Source of the DNA: an uncultured Nitrospinota bacterium
GTDB lineage: Bacteria > Tectomicrobia > Entotheonellia > J063 > CAVPRW01
Assembly (NCBI GenBank): GCA_963707985.1
Contig: CAVPRW010000005.1
Coordinates: 1-64,000, forward strand
DNA: 64,000 nucleotides
Direction: 5' to 3'
The position numbers and the translations under genes are program-made. Below, one piece after another: positions 33,322 through 45,094 of this stretch; the stretch's first letter is position 1, and each line of letters starts with the position of its first letter. The notes under the pieces are model-generated. The model saw only the letters and a list, made by a program, of their open reading frames with translations. It had not been told where the DNA came from and made no database searches.

Positions 33322-33645
33322 ATGGCTGAGACTTCTACTAGGACCGAATATTCTCACATCGTGCGCACACCAGACGTCTGCGGCGGGGAGTCACGAATCG
33401 ACGGACATCGCATCCGGGTTCGAGACATCGTTGCAGCCCGGGACTTGGGCGGTCTGACGCCAGAAGAGATTGCCGCGAGCGTTTACCCAGGCCTGACGCT
33501 GGCACAGGTGTATACGGCCCTGGCATATTACGAGGACCATCATGACGAGATCGATCAGGCGCTGCAGAACGAAGCGCAGTTCATTGAGCAGTTTTTGAAG
33601 GACCATCCACAATTGGCTCGTGACGTTCGTCCTGCCAAAAGCTGA
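33322..33645 (+). CDS. DUF433 antitoxin-like protein
   Basis: PDVCGGESRIDGHRIRV...YPGLTLAQVYTALAYY. Confidence 0.88.
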   Translation: MAETSTRTEYSHIVRTPDVCGGESRIDGHRIRVRDIVAARDLGGLTPEEIAASVYPGLTLAQVYTALAYYEDHHDEIDQALQNEAQFIEQFLKDHPQLARDVRPAKS

Positions 33646-33888
33646 GCGATGCTGAAAGGGTATGCGGACGAACACGTGGTATTCGGGTTGGTCCAGGCCT
33701 TAAGGCAGCGTGGGATGGATGTTCTCCGAGTAGAAGAGCGCGGTTTGAAGGAATCACAATTGGCTCGTGACGTTCGTCTGCAAAAGTGAGCGATGCTGAA
33801 AGGGTATGCGGACGAACACGTGGTATTCGGGTTGGTCCAGGCCTTAAGGCAGCGTGGGATGGATGTTGTCCGAGTTCAAGAGCGCGGT
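33594..33888 (+). repeat. Imperfect ~145-150-bp tandem duplication over the antitoxin-toxin junction
   Basis: Copies at ~33594-33744 and ~33745-33888, both containing ATGCTGAAAGGGTATGCGGACGAACAC. Confidence 0.9.
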
Positions 33889-34131
33889 CGCGGGCAAGCT
33901 GACGACACAGATTTGCTCAACGAAGCGCTGACCGATGAACGCGTGATGCTGACCAACGACACGGATTTTTTAACGCTGGTCGCCGATCGAGCGGCACGAC
34001 AGGAGCGATTTGCACCGATTTTCTTCTGGCCGCAACAACGCCGCTCGATCGGCCAACTGGTTCAGAGCATCATTCGCGAAGCGAGCCGCCGCGAATACAC
34101 CTCCGCCTGTTCGCAGGTGTTCTTTTTGTGA
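33793..34131 (+). CDS. DUF5615 PIN-like toxin
   Basis: YADEHV, DDTDLL, LTNDTDF; follows DUF433. Confidence 0.85.
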   Translation: MLKGYADEHVVFGLVQALRQRGMDVVRVQERGRGQADDTDLLNEALTDERVMLTNDTDFLTLVADRAARQERFAPIFFWPQQRRSIGQLVQSIIREASRREYTSACSQVFFL

Positions 34132-34443
34132 GTCTACGTGGGCATCGTTAAGTAGATACTGCTGGTTTTGCATCTGCATGTTCCCCGGACTTCCCCGGCT
34201 CCTCCTGTTTACCCCAGATCCTCACACGTCGGTGCGCCACGCCAAACGGTGCATGCGTCATGTGCATGTCATCATTATCGTGGCGTCCTTCCGAGCAGTG
34301 TCAGGTGTGGCTGCGGCCTCATACAACCCTGCCAACTCAGACGATTGAGGAGCCCTAAAGCCCTGGCCCACAAGGCATAGCAGGCATGGAGCTCACTCGA
34401 CCTAGCCGAGGCGCTTCTGCGGCCTAGGCGATGGCCGGTGCCC

Positions 34444-34458
34444 TGGCACAACGATTGC
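34444..34458 (+). promoter_or_regulatory. sigma54 -24/-12 promoter for fmdAB
   Basis: TGGCAC-AACGA-TTGC is an exact consensus match. Confidence 0.8.
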
Positions 34459-34639
34459 TCCTGCACCATTAGACGTGTTCCCAGGCTGTTCATCTGCCTA
34501 GAGATTCAACATTGCTTGGACAGGAGAGTTCCCAGGCAGATGACCTTCGCTTTGCACTGGAGGAATACGCCGTCCGCCGATCTCATGTCGCTGACAACTG
34601 CAGATTCATCTGAGGATGATACTTGGGAAAGGAGGGAGC

Positions 34640-35994
34640 ATGAGTGAAGACGTGGCTCGCAGAGATTTCCTGAAGACAGCCGGGGTGGGTGCAGGCGCTG
34701 CGTTAACCGTTGGATCGAACCTTCTACAAAAGGGGGAGGCATGGCCGAAGCTGCAACGACACCCGAAACCTATATGTCAAAACCCCTGATTCCGATCGAC
34801 CTGACGAAGTCGCCGAGAGAACAGGTGCTGCCCTTACACAATCGCTGGCATCCAGACATTCCACCAGTGGTTACAGTCAAGCCAGGTGCGGTCTTCCGTG
34901 TCGAGTGTTATGACTGGACCGGTGGCCAGATCAAAAACGATGACAGCGCCAACGACATTCGCGATGTCGAGCTCCCCCAGGTGCACTATTTGAGTGGACC
35001 GATTGCCGTCGAAGGCGCAGAGCCGGGAGATATCCTGGTGGTCGACATCGTTGATATCGGCGCGCTCGTCACCTCACCGTGGGGGTTTACCGGCATTTTC
35101 GCCAAAACCAATGGCGGCGGTTTCCTGACCGACCACTATCCGGATGCCAAGAAAGTCATTTGGGACCTGCAGGGCATCTACGCGGTGTCACGTCATATCA
35201 AGGACGTGAAGTTTGCCGGGCTGTCACATCCAGGGCTCATCGGCTGTGCACCCTCTGCAGAGCTGCTGGCGATGTGGAACAAGCGCGAGGCCGAGCTGAT
35301 TGCCACCAACCCGAACCGCGTCCCGCCGTTGGCAGCCCCGCCCAATCCACAGGCCGCGCTCGCCGGAACGTTACAGGGGGCGGCGGCGGAACGTGTGGCG
35401 AAGGAAGGGGCACGCACCGTTCCGCCACGCGAGCACGGCGGCAACTGCGACATCAAGAATTTATCGCGTGGCTCCCGAGTCTACTTCCCGGTGTATGTCA
35501 GAGGGGGCAACCTGTCGATGGGGGATATCCACTGGTCGCAGGGGGATGGTGAGATCTCCTTCTGTGGCGCCATCGAGATGTCGGGCTATCTGGACCTGCA
35601 CGTCGATCTGATCAAAGGTGGGGTCAGCAAGTACGGCATGGTCAACCCCATCTTCAAGCCGGGCCCGGTCGAGCCACGCTATTCGGAATATCTGGTTTTT
35701 GAGGGGATCTCGGTCGACGAGCAAGGTAAACAATACTACCTCGACGCCCACGTCGCCTACCGGCGTGCGTGCTTGAATGCCATCGAGTATTTGAAAAAAT
35801 TCGGGTACAGCGGTGAGCAGGGCTATATGCTTATCAGCACCGCCCCATGTGAAGGGAAGATCAGCGGTATCGTGGATATTCCAAACGCCTGCTGTACACT
35901 GCACATTCCGACCGAGATCTTTGACTTCGACATTCGACCGTCGGCCACAGGACCCACCAGCGCATCACGTGGTGCGGTATCGAGCACCACCTAA
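34640..35994 (+). CDS. fmdA: Formamidase (acetamidase/formamidase family) with probable Tat leader joined by a homopolymer frameshift
   Basis: HNRWHPDIP, HYLSGP, EHGGNCD, QGDGEI; leader MSEDVARRDFLK from ATG 34640. Confidence 0.88.
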
Positions 35995-36102
35995 CGAGAT
36001 CGATCATGTTCCCACGGGCAGGGGTGCACAGCCGTGCGCCCCTGGGTAAGGTTTCCGGATGTAGCTGATGCGTGAGCACATGTGCCGAGGGAGGGTCATC
36101 CC

Positions 36103-36423
36103 ATGCCTACCTATGAGTTCGTCTGCGCCAGCTGTGGACCCTTCGAGCAACGTCGAAGTCTGAGGGAGGCCGGCGATCCTATGACCTGCCCGTTATGCCA
36201 GCAGGTGGCCCAGCGTATATACTCAACGGCCGCGGTCATTCTCGCCTCTGGTGCCGTGGGCCGTCGCATCGAACAGAGTGCAGAGCCAACCGTCGTCAAA
36301 CGTCCAGTCTCCGAGGAGAATTCACCCCAGCAAACACTTCAGCAGTCGGCTCGTGGCCGTCCCTGGCAGCTCGGTCATGCTGCACATGCGACGCCGGTGA
36401 AGCCAGGCTTACAGCGCCTATAG
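36103..36423 (+). CDS. fmdB: FmdB-family zinc-ribbon protein
   Basis: MPTYEFVCASCG...CPLC directly after fmdA. Confidence 0.85.
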   Translation: MPTYEFVCASCGPFEQRRSLREAGDPMTCPLCQQVAQRIYSTAAVILASGAVGRRIEQSAEPTVVKRPVSEENSPQQTLQQSARGRPWQLGHAAHATPVKPGLQRL

Positions 36424-36462
36424 CACTCTCGTAGGCACATACGTTGCCTGGGCAAGTCCTCC

Positions 36463-37345
36463 CTATCGTGGCAGGCCAGCCAGGCGCGCAAGCACCTCGA
36501 AAACAACGGCAAAGTCCTTATCGGCCAGACCCATACCGCGGGCGGCGGTGAGCATCTCGTTGGTCACGGCTGTGGTGGGCAGGGGAACATCCAGCTCCCG
36601 TCCCATCTCCAGGGCCAGGAGGAGGTCCTTTTGCATCATATTCACGTCGAACCACGCCTCCTCCGGCAGACCCAGCACAAATGGTCCGCGGTACTTCACC
36701 ATGGGTGAGGCGATCACACTATTGAGCAACACCTCCACAGCAGTCTCGCGTGCGATGCCGCTTTTCTCGGCGAGTAAAACACCCTCGCTGAAGGCGAGCA
36801 TTTGCACTGCCAGACTGAGATTGGTGGCGATTTTCATCGAGGCTGCCAGGCCATTCGCACCGACGTAGGTGACTTTCGGGCCGATGTCCTGCAAGATCGG
36901 CACGACTCGCTCATAGGCGTCGCGGTCCCCACCGACCATCAGTGATAACCTGCCCTCTTCCAGGGTGATGACGCTGCCGGACACTGGTGCATCGAGCATC
37001 TGTGCCCCCAGAGCTGCAACCTGTGTGGCCAGGCTGCGGCTAACGGTTGGACTGACTGTGCTCATATCGACAAAGACGCTCCCCGGGCGCAACCCGGCCA
37101 ATACCCCGTCGACGCCGCCGGTTACGGCTTGCAAGGCCGCGGTATTGGCCACCATACTGCAGACGACGTCGGTGGCCTGGGCCACCGCAGCCGGTGTCTC
37201 ACCCCACTGCATCCCCAGGTCCAGGAGCCATTGGGCTTTTGAACGGGTGCGGTTATAGCCTGTGACCGATATGGCCAGCGTCCAACAAACGCTTCACCAT
37301 CCGGCTTCCCATCACCCCCAGTCCGATGAAACCGAGATGCGCCAT
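36463..37345 (-). CDS. 3-hydroxyisobutyrate dehydrogenase-family NAD(P) oxidoreductase; frameshift ~37268
   Basis: LGFIGLGVMG, DMSTVSP, DAPVSG, MKIATN. Confidence 0.85.
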
Positions 37346-37373
37346 CGCAGACTCCTAGAGCCATTCCATCGCG

Positions 37374-38639
37374 CTATGGTCCGGCGGTTGCCTCCTCATG
37401 CGGTAATGGCTCATCCTCTGGCCGTGGTAACTCCTCATGCAATGTCCCAAACTGAATGCCGCCGATGGTGTGATCGAAGCGGCTGACCTCGCTCTCGGCC
37501 TGGACGAATTGCCCACGGGCACGGTCGAGGTGCCTGCCGATGAGCCTGAAATGCTCCTTGAACTCGTCAAAGTTCTTCTTCAGTCCCAACAAGAGTTGCT
37601 CGATACGGCGCGTCTCCTGGGCGATTTTCAGGCCTCGGAAACCGATGGAGATCGCTTGCAGATAGGCGTACAGCGTGTTCGGTGAGACCGGCACGACCCG
37701 CTTGGCGCGCGAAAACTCCAGTACCTCATCGCTCAGCAACACCTCATAGTAGACGTTTTCCGCCGGGATAAACATCAGGGCAAAATCGAGCGTCGACGGC
37801 GGTAGGATGTATTTGTGGGAGATATCGATGACGTGGCGTCGGACATCACTTAAGAATAGCCGATGCCACTGTTGACGCGTCTCTGGCTCGGCATCGGGCT
37901 GCGCCATGCGTCGAAAGTTGTTCAGGGGAAACTTACTGTCGATGCACAACCAGCCGCCTTCAAGTATGATCACCGCGTCGGCCAACGCCTCTCCGACGGG
38001 GGCCTGCATGCGATACAGGGCCTGCGGCAGGACGTTACTCAGCATCCGTTCCAACTCGAACTCGCCGATATTGCCGCGTAGCTTGGGCGACTCAAGAATG
38101 TGGCTGAGCTGGTTGATGTCCTGACTGATAGCCACGATGCGCTCGTTGGTGACGCGAATCTCCCCCAGTTTCTCGGCCATATCCCTGAACAGGGTGCTGT
38201 GCTGGGTGAGATTGTCGCTGAGGCGTTGCTCAACCCCCTGTTGCAGCGCCGTGACCATGCCAAACAGCTCGCGGCGACTATCGCTCAGGCTGTCGTGGAT
38301 ATTCGCCCGGAGCGTGTCAAACTGCTGCTGGAGCTCGCGGTGCACCGCCTGTAAGCGCTCTTCCATGGCGGTCTGGCTGTCGAGACGGGCTTGGTCGACG
38401 CGGGAGACCAGTTGCGTGGTAAGCTGGGTCAAGCTCGTGACCAGGGAAGTATTCAACGCCTGCGAAGAGTGATCGATCCGGGCGTCCAGGGTGCGCTGGA
38501 GATTGAGAAGCCCCTCTGAGAGCATCTGCACGCGGTCAGCAAGGTCCGACGAGGATGGGCGCCGGAGCGTGTGCAGATACCACACGAGCAGGGTCATGAT
38601 CACCAGCCCTAGACCGCCGATAATGACCAGCTCAAGCAT
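37374..38639 (-). CDS. rmuC: DNA recombination protein RmuC
   Basis: RGNIGE, IDSKFP, MFIPAENVY, SPNTL. Confidence 0.9.
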   Translation of the reverse strand: MLELVIIGGLGLVIMTLLVWYLHTLRRPSSSDLADRVQMLSEGLLNLQRTLDARIDHSSQALNTSLVTSLTQLTTQLVSRVDQARLDSQTAMEERLQAVHRELQQQFDTLRANIHDSLSDSRRELFGMVTALQQGVEQRLSDNLTQHSTLFRDMAEKLGEIRVTNERIVAISQDINQLSHILESPKLRGNIGEFELERMLSNVLPQALYRMQAPVGEALADAVIILEGGWLCIDSKFPLNNFRRMAQPDAEPETRQQWHRLFLSDVRRHVIDISHKYILPPSTLDFALMFIPAENVYYEVLLSDEVLEFSRAKRVVPVSPNTLYAYLQAISIGFRGLKIAQETRRIEQLLLGLKKNFDEFKEHFRLIGRHLDRARGQFVQAESEVSRFDHTIGGIQFGTLHEELPRPEDEPLPHEEATAGP

Positions 38640-38804
38640 TCACATTCCTTGCCGCCCGGGACGTGCGATCTCCGCAGGCATTGGGGGCTCTCTCTCAATG
38701 ACAGGTGCAAAATGTCGACGCGATCCCATCAGTGATGTGCGGCGACAGCTGCATCACGCCCGCCACGATAGGGGTAGGCTCTGGTCGATACCCAGTGGCC
38801 GCGG

Positions 38805-40016
38805 TCAGGGGCGCAGCAGAGAGCGGATGCGTAAACGCAGCGCATTGAGCCTGATAAAACCTTCGGCATCGGCCTGACGATACACGTTGTCGGCCTCAAA
38901 GGTCGCAAACTGTGGGTGATAAAGCGAGGTGGGAGATTTACGACCCACGACCCAACAATTGCCCTTATAGAGTTTCAAGCGCGCTGTGCCGGTGACGTGG
39001 CGCTGCGCCTCATCCATAAACTGCCGTAGGAGATCCATCTCCGGAGAGTACCAGAAGCCATAGTAGATGAGCTCGGCCAATTTGCAGACGAGCGAGTCGC
39101 GCAGATGCATGACCTCGCGGTCCATGGTGAGCGACTCCACTGCACGGTGTGCGATGTGCAGAATGGTGCCGCCAGGGGTTTCGTACACGCCACGCGATTT
39201 CATCCCCACGAAACGGTTCTCGACCATATCGATGCGGCCGATCCCGTGCGAGCCAGCGATGTCGTTGAGGCGCATCAGCAAAGCCACTGGTCCCAGTCGC
39301 TCGCCATCCACAGCCACGGGTGTTCCCTGTTCGTAGTCGATCTCCAGGTACTGCGAGCGATCAGGAGCATTCTGGACGGCCTGAGTCATCTGGAACATCT
39401 TCTCGTCCGGCTCATGCCACGGGTCTTCCAGAATCCCCCCCTCGTAGCTGGTGTGCAAAAGATTGCGGTCTGTGCTGTAAGGCTTTTCGCGCGTCGTCGG
39501 CACCGGGATGTCGTGTGCAATGGCGTAATCGATGAGCTCCTGGCGACCCTTAAAGTCCCATTCGCGCCAGGGTGCAATGACCTTGATGTGTGGATTCAGG
39601 GAGAAATACGTGAGCTCAAAGCGCACCTGGTCATTGCCTTTACCGGTGGCTCCGTGGGCGACGGCATCTGCCTCTTCTCTGGCGGCGATTTCAAGCTGTT
39701 TTTTGGCGATGAGCGGGCGGGCTAGCGAGGTCCCCATCAGGTAGCCGCCCTCATAGACGGCGTTGGCGCGGACGGCAGGATAGACGAAGTCGCGCACGAA
39801 TTCCTCACGTAGGTCCTCGACATAGACTTTCGCAGCGCCCACGCGCTCGGCCTTGCGGGCGAACCCCTGAAGATCCTCTTCCTGCCCAAGGTCCGCCAGG
39901 AACGCCACCACCTCACAGCCGTAGGTCTCGATCAGCCATTTGAGAATGACCGAGGTATCGAGTCCACCAGAATAAGCCAACACAATGCGTTTGATTCCTG
40001 CCTGCATCCCTTGCAC
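38805..40016 (-). CDS. argG: Argininosuccinate synthase
   Basis: [23 protein letters not shown]. Confidence 0.97.
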   Translation of the reverse strand: MQGMQAGIKRIVLAYSGGLDTSVILKWLIETYGCEVVAFLADLGQEEDLQGFARKAERVGAAKVYVEDLREEFVRDFVYPAVRANAVYEGGYLMGTSLARPLIAKKQLEIAAREEADAVAHGATGKGNDQVRFELTYFSLNPHIKVIAPWREWDFKGRQELIDYAIAHDIPVPTTREKPYSTDRNLLHTSYEGGILEDPWHEPDEKMFQMTQAVQNAPDRSQYLEIDYEQGTPVAVDGERLGPVALLMRLNDIAGSHGIGRIDMVENRFVGMKSRGVYETPGGTILHIAHRAVESLTMDREVMHLRDSLVCKLAELIYYGFWYSPEMDLLRQFMDEAQRHVTGTARLKLYKGNCWVVGRKSPTSLYHPQFATFEADNVYRQADAEGFIRLNALRLRIRSLLRP

Positions 40017-40082
40017 TCCAGGATCGGACTGAGGAGTGAATGCCGAGGATGAGCCGAGCCACTCAAACCTCAGTCCATATCG

Positions 40083-41023
40083 CTAATGACCGTTGTCTCC
40101 TCTGTTCAACAGAAGTTGCAACACGGCCTTCTGCGTGTGCAAACGGTTTTCCGCATGGTCGAAGACGATCGATTGGGGGCCGTCGATGACCTCGGCGGTA
40201 ATCTCTTCGCCGCGGTGCGCGGGGAGGCAATGCATCACCAGCGTCGTCGGTTTGGCCGCCGCCAGGAGCGCCTGATTGACCTGGTATGACTGAAACACCT
40301 CCAGCCGCCAGCGTCGCTCCGCCTCCTGGCCCATGCTAACCCACACATCGGTATAGATGACATCCGCCCCTTTGACGGCTTGGAATGGGTCCTCCATGAT
40401 TTCCACACTGCCACCGTACGCCGCCGCTTCTTCCTGGTGCTTACGGATGAGCTCGGACGGCGGCCAATAGCCCTTGGGACATCGCCAGCGCCAGGTGCAT
40501 GCCCATCTTGGCGGACCCCTTGCAGCCAGGAGTTGGCGACGTTGTTACCATCGCCCACCCAGGCCAGCTTCACCCCCTCGCAGCGGCCGAATTTTTCCTG
40601 AATGGTCAGAAGGTCGGCAAGGATCTGACAGGGATGGTGCAGATCGGTCAGACCATTGATCACCGGAATCGTGGCGTACCGTGCCAGTTCCGCGACCTCA
40701 TCGTGGGCGAAGGTTCGGATCACGATACCGTCCAGATAGCGGGAGAACAGCCGTCCGATATCCGCCACGCTCTCCCGCACCCCCATGCCCAGGTCATGGT
40801 CATTCAAGAACAGGGCCAGCCCACCCATCTGAAACATCCCGATCTCAAAGGAGACCCGCGTCCGGCTGGACGGTTTCTTAAAGATCATTCCCAGCGTCCG
40901 CCCTGCCAAAAAACGGTGCGGTATGCCACGCTTGAGATAATCTTTGAGGCGTGCGGCCGACTGCAACAAGGCCTCAAGTTCTGGCCTGGTGACGTCGTCT
41001 AGTGATAGCAAATCACGCTTCAT
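40083..41023 (-). CDS. argF: Ornithine carbamoyltransferase (frameshifts ~40400-40520)
   Basis: [17 protein letters not shown] spread over different frames. Confidence 0.9.
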
Positions 41024-41034
41024 CGACGGTCCCC

Positions 41035-42248
41035 CTACACTTTCGCGAACAGTTCGTCGAGCGTCGCCACCAGGAGGTCCACTTCTGTCTCTTTGACGAT
41101 GAGCGGGGGTAAAAAACGGAGGACCGTATCCATCGTACAATTGACCAGAAAGCCGCGCTCGAGGCAGTCATTGACAAACTGACCACCAGGGAAATGCTAA
41201 TTGGATGCCCAGCATCAGCCCCCGTCCGCGCACTTCTTGGATAAAGGAGTAGCGCTGTTGGAGACCTTTGAGGCGGTCCATGAAGTAGGCCCCGACACGC
41301 TGGCAATTTTCCAGCATGCCATCGTCGTGGATGGCCTTCAGCGCCGCGACTCCGGCAGCCGTGGCCAAGGGATTGCCGCCGAACGTCGCGGCGTGCGTGC
41401 CCGGGACAAACGGCGCTGGCCACCTCCTCACGGGCTAACAGGGCGCCGATGGGCACCCCACCCGCCAGCGATTTGGCGAGCGTCATGATATCGGGAGGAA
41501 CCCCTTCATGCTCATAGGCAAAGAGCTTGCCGGTACGTCCGATGCCGCACTGCACCTCATCATAGATCAGCAGTAGTTGGCGCGCCTCGCACAGCTGGCG
41601 CAGGCTCTTCAGGTAGCCAGGGCTGGGGACGTTGACCCCTCCCTCCCCCTGGATTGGCTCGATCATCACGGCACAGGTCTTCGGCGTGATCATCCGTTCC
41701 AAGGCCTGCAGGTCATTAAACGGTGCGTACTGGAAGCCATCCAGCAACGGCTCAAAGCCCTTGTGATACTTGTGCTGCGCCGTGGCCGAGAGCGACCCCA
41801 TGGTGCGGCCATGGAAGGAGTTCTCGAAGGTGATGATTTCGTAGCGTCCCTCACCAAAGTGATCGTGGGAGTATTTCCGGGCCAGCTTGATCGCCGCTTC
41901 GCACGACTCCGTGCCACTATTGCAGAAGAAGCTACGATCGGCGAATGACATCTGGGCCAGCATGTCAGCGAGTTCGATCTGGGGTTGAATGTGGTACAGG
42001 TTGGACACGTGTAGAAGGGTACCGGCCTGCTGGCGAATGGCCTCAACCACTCTTGGGTGACAATGGCCCAGGTTGTTCACCCCCAACCCGGCGAGAAAGT
42101 CATAGTACATCTTGCCATCGGCATCCCAGACTCGCATGCCCTCACCGCGAATCAAGGCGATGGGCGTGCGCCCGTAGGTGGTGGCGATATGAGCGTTACC
42201 GCGATCGATCAGGGTTTGATTGCGCATCTCAAGGGCACTTTGTTGCAT
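41035..42248 (-). CDS. argD: Acetylornithine aminotransferase (frameshifts ~41200 and ~41415)
   Basis: SFHGRT, EPIQGEGG, DEVQCG, TLAK, TFGGNP. Confidence 0.9.
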
Positions 42249-42411
42249 GGTGCTAGCCTCCTCACACGCATGGACTGGTCAATGACGGAGATGGTACTGG
42301 TCACAAGGCAGCGATCAGCGACAGCAGTTGCACTGACGACGGCATCCCACATCTCCATCCCACCAGTGCAGGGGGCATTCAGGGGTGAAGCGGCTCATCG
42401 TCCAGGCCAGC

Positions 42412-42972
42412 TTAGACATGATGGGGCTCCGCGAGCAGGGCCGTGAGTTGTTGGCGATAGCGACGCCGTACGGCGTCGAAAAACGCCAGATATTCAGGGG
42501 TCCGATAATCGGGATATGTCCACTCCCACGGCACGAATCGGCCGCCGGTAAAGCGTAGCGTCACCTCGGCATAGATGCCCCGGCCGAGATAGAGACGATG
42601 TTGCCGGTCCTTGGTGGTTGCGAGCACTAATTTGGCCAGGTCGACATACCCTGGATCGAGGTTGACGCGTCGATGCCGGACTTGCCCCGCGTTCACGGCG
42701 TACGTTTGCTCGATGGCATTGGTCTCGTGCTTCATGCCAGCCAGGGTCTCGGCAGCAATGAGTGCGTCAAAACTCCAAAACAGACGCTGCAATGCTGGTC
42801 CCATTTCGCGTTCATAGAACTTGGTCGCCACGAAGGGCAGGAGGGCGGTTTCCTGATCAATCGGTCCATAGATGGCTTCCAATCGCTGACGTATGACCAC
42901 GATTGGGGCCTCAGGCGTGAGAATCAGTCCGATGATCAATTTCACTGGCGGTGGTTCGACGGCCTGAGCCAC
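42412..42972 (-). CDS. DUF4416 family protein
   Basis: YEREMG, RRVNLDPGY, LATTK, WTYPDY. Confidence 0.8.
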   Translation of the reverse strand: MAQAVEPPPVKLIIGLILTPEAPIVVIRQRLEAIYGPIDQETALLPFVATKFYEREMGPALQRLFWSFDALIAAETLAGMKHETNAIEQTYAVNAGQVRHRRVNLDPGYVDLAKLVLATTKDRQHRLYLGRGIYAEVTLRFTGGRFVPWEWTYPDYRTPEYLAFFDAVRRRYRQQLTALLAEPHHV

Positions 42973-43253
42973 GTGAGGTCCCTTCTGACGATCATGCGCG
43001 AGCAGGGTGTCGCCTGCCCCTCACACTGGCTCATGAGCCGAATCGGGATCAGGTGCAGCAGAGACATTCGTAGCCGTTGATCGATCAGATCGGTCCAGCC
43101 TGCTAATGTCGCCTGAATGTAGCGAATTGCACTAGGGATGTCAATTGTTGAAACGCCTGTCCCAATCTCTGCCCGCTGAGTATGACTGGTCTGATGGTAA
43201 GCGATAAACCCGCGTGGACACTGCAAGAGACGGCAATACCAGCAGAAAAATCA

Positions 43254-43283
43254 TTGACATCGTGCGTAGGCTGGCCTTACACT
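43254..43283 (+). promoter_or_regulatory. sigma70-type promoter
   Basis: TTGACA-N18-TACACT upstream of the thiolase gene. Confidence 0.55.
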
Positions 43284-43443
43284 GACGTCGTAATTCGTTG
43301 CCGCACTAGGGCGGAGGCGGCGTAGCAGGGCTGAAGCATGATGGGAAATTTGCGATGGTGTCCTCCCCTCCTTTTGACCTCACGACGATAGGATACCAGG
43401 AGCATGTCCGGCACTTCAGACCACACAGCAGAGGGGCGAGACG

Positions 43444-45094
43444 ATGGCGGAGGTGTTTGTTCTAGGTGTCGGCATGACCGCCTTTGGAAAACGGAGTGAA
43501 ACGTTACCAGAGCTGATGGCTGAAGCGGCTGAGGCGGCGTTGAAGCGCTCTGGGCGTGAGACGCTAGATGCCATGTATGTTGGGGTGATGAACCCTGAGG
43601 AATTTTCGGGTGAGAGCAATATCGCCGCCGCGATCACGGACTACCTTGGCCTGTGGGGGTCTGCCCGCCACCCGGGTGGAGACGGCTTCCGCCACCGGTG
43701 CCGCGGCGCTTCACGCCGCCTTTTATGCGGTTGCCTCAGGATATCTGCGCTCTGTGCTGGTGCTGGCGGGGGAGAAAATGACCCACCTGAGCACGTCGCG
43801 GACGACGCGCATCCTCGCCCAGGTTATCGAGCGCTATGAGCGCAATTGTGGAGCCTCGATGCCCGCACTGGCGGCGATGCTCAGTCAGCGCTACATGAGC
43901 CAATACAAGATCTCTCTGCCGCAGATGCAGCGTGTGCTCTCGACGGTGGCCATCAAAAATCACTTCAACGGGGCACTCAACCCCTATGCCCACTTTCGTA
44001 CCGAAATCTCCTATGAGCAGTACGATCAAAGTCGGATTGTTTCCACCCCGCTACGGCTGTATGACTGTGCACCCATCAGCGATGGGGCGGCTGCGGTCAT
44101 CCTCACCTCCGACCCGACCGACATCAAAATCAGCGGTATTGGACAGGGGACCGATACACTGGGTGTGCGCTTCCGTGATTCCTTCACCGCCTTTCGTTCC
44201 ACGCAGCTGGCCGCGAAGAAAGCCTACGATATGGCCGGACTCAGGCCGCAGGATATCAATTTCGCAGAGGTGCACGACGCCTTCACGCCGTTTGAGGTCA
44301 TCGGTACGGAAGACTTGGGATTTTTCGAGCCGGGCAAGGGTGCCAGAGCCGCCGAGAAAGGGGGCACCAGTCTGGAAGGCGAATTCCCGGTGAACCCATC
44401 GGGTGGTTTGAAGGCTCGTGGCCATCCGGTTGGGGCCTCAGGACTGGCTCAGATCGTCGAAGTCGTCTGGCAACTCCGGCACGAGGTCGAGGCGCGTCGT
44501 CAGGTACCACAGAGTAACATCGGTCTGGCCCAGAGTACGGGCGGATTGGCCACCAATAACTTCGTGACTATTGTCGAGCGGGCCGATCAGAAACGGGTGA
44601 TCCCAGTCAATTGGCAAAGCCCGTATCAGGTCGCAGTCACCCCTTCTTCCCGCCCGAAACGTGACCCTGAAGTCGCTACCCGTGAAGGTGTCCTGCAAAC
44701 CTATACCGTGCTTTACACCACACCGGAAGGTTTTCGTTCGCCCCTCCAGATCGCGCTCATCGAGGATGACGAGAATTTCGTCATCATGGCCCGCGGCCGC
44801 AGTGCCGAACCGATACGCATCGGCACACGCGTCATTATCACCCGCATTGGGGAAACCTACTACTTTTTTAACCGCAGCCTCGCGGATAAGGTCCGCATCA
44901 TCTGGCGGCGGAAGTACCGTGATCTGGCGCATCACGATTTGGTCAAAGGCTTTTACTCCCGGCTCACGGCGGATATCGACCGCTTCACCCATGCCATATA
45001 CAAGACACGAGCGTCGTCGGCTGGAATTGCGAGGCTGAAACCATGGTCGTCACGTGTGCGTTCTACGGTTTCATCAACCGAACGACCAAAGTAA
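43444..45094 (+). CDS. SCP2/archaeal-type thiolase fused to a DUF35-like OB-fold (frameshift ~43655; 3' end uncertain)
   Basis: GVGMTAFG, ISDGAAA, EVHDAF, NPSGGL.GHPVGASG; C-terminal GVLQTYTV...IALIE...IRIGTRV. Confidence 0.8.

Noticed and set aside
40083..42248. Programmed frameshifting or arginine auxotrophy from broken argF/argD
   Set aside because: Indels are scattered over many unrelated genes without other decay; sequencing error is the simpler explanation.
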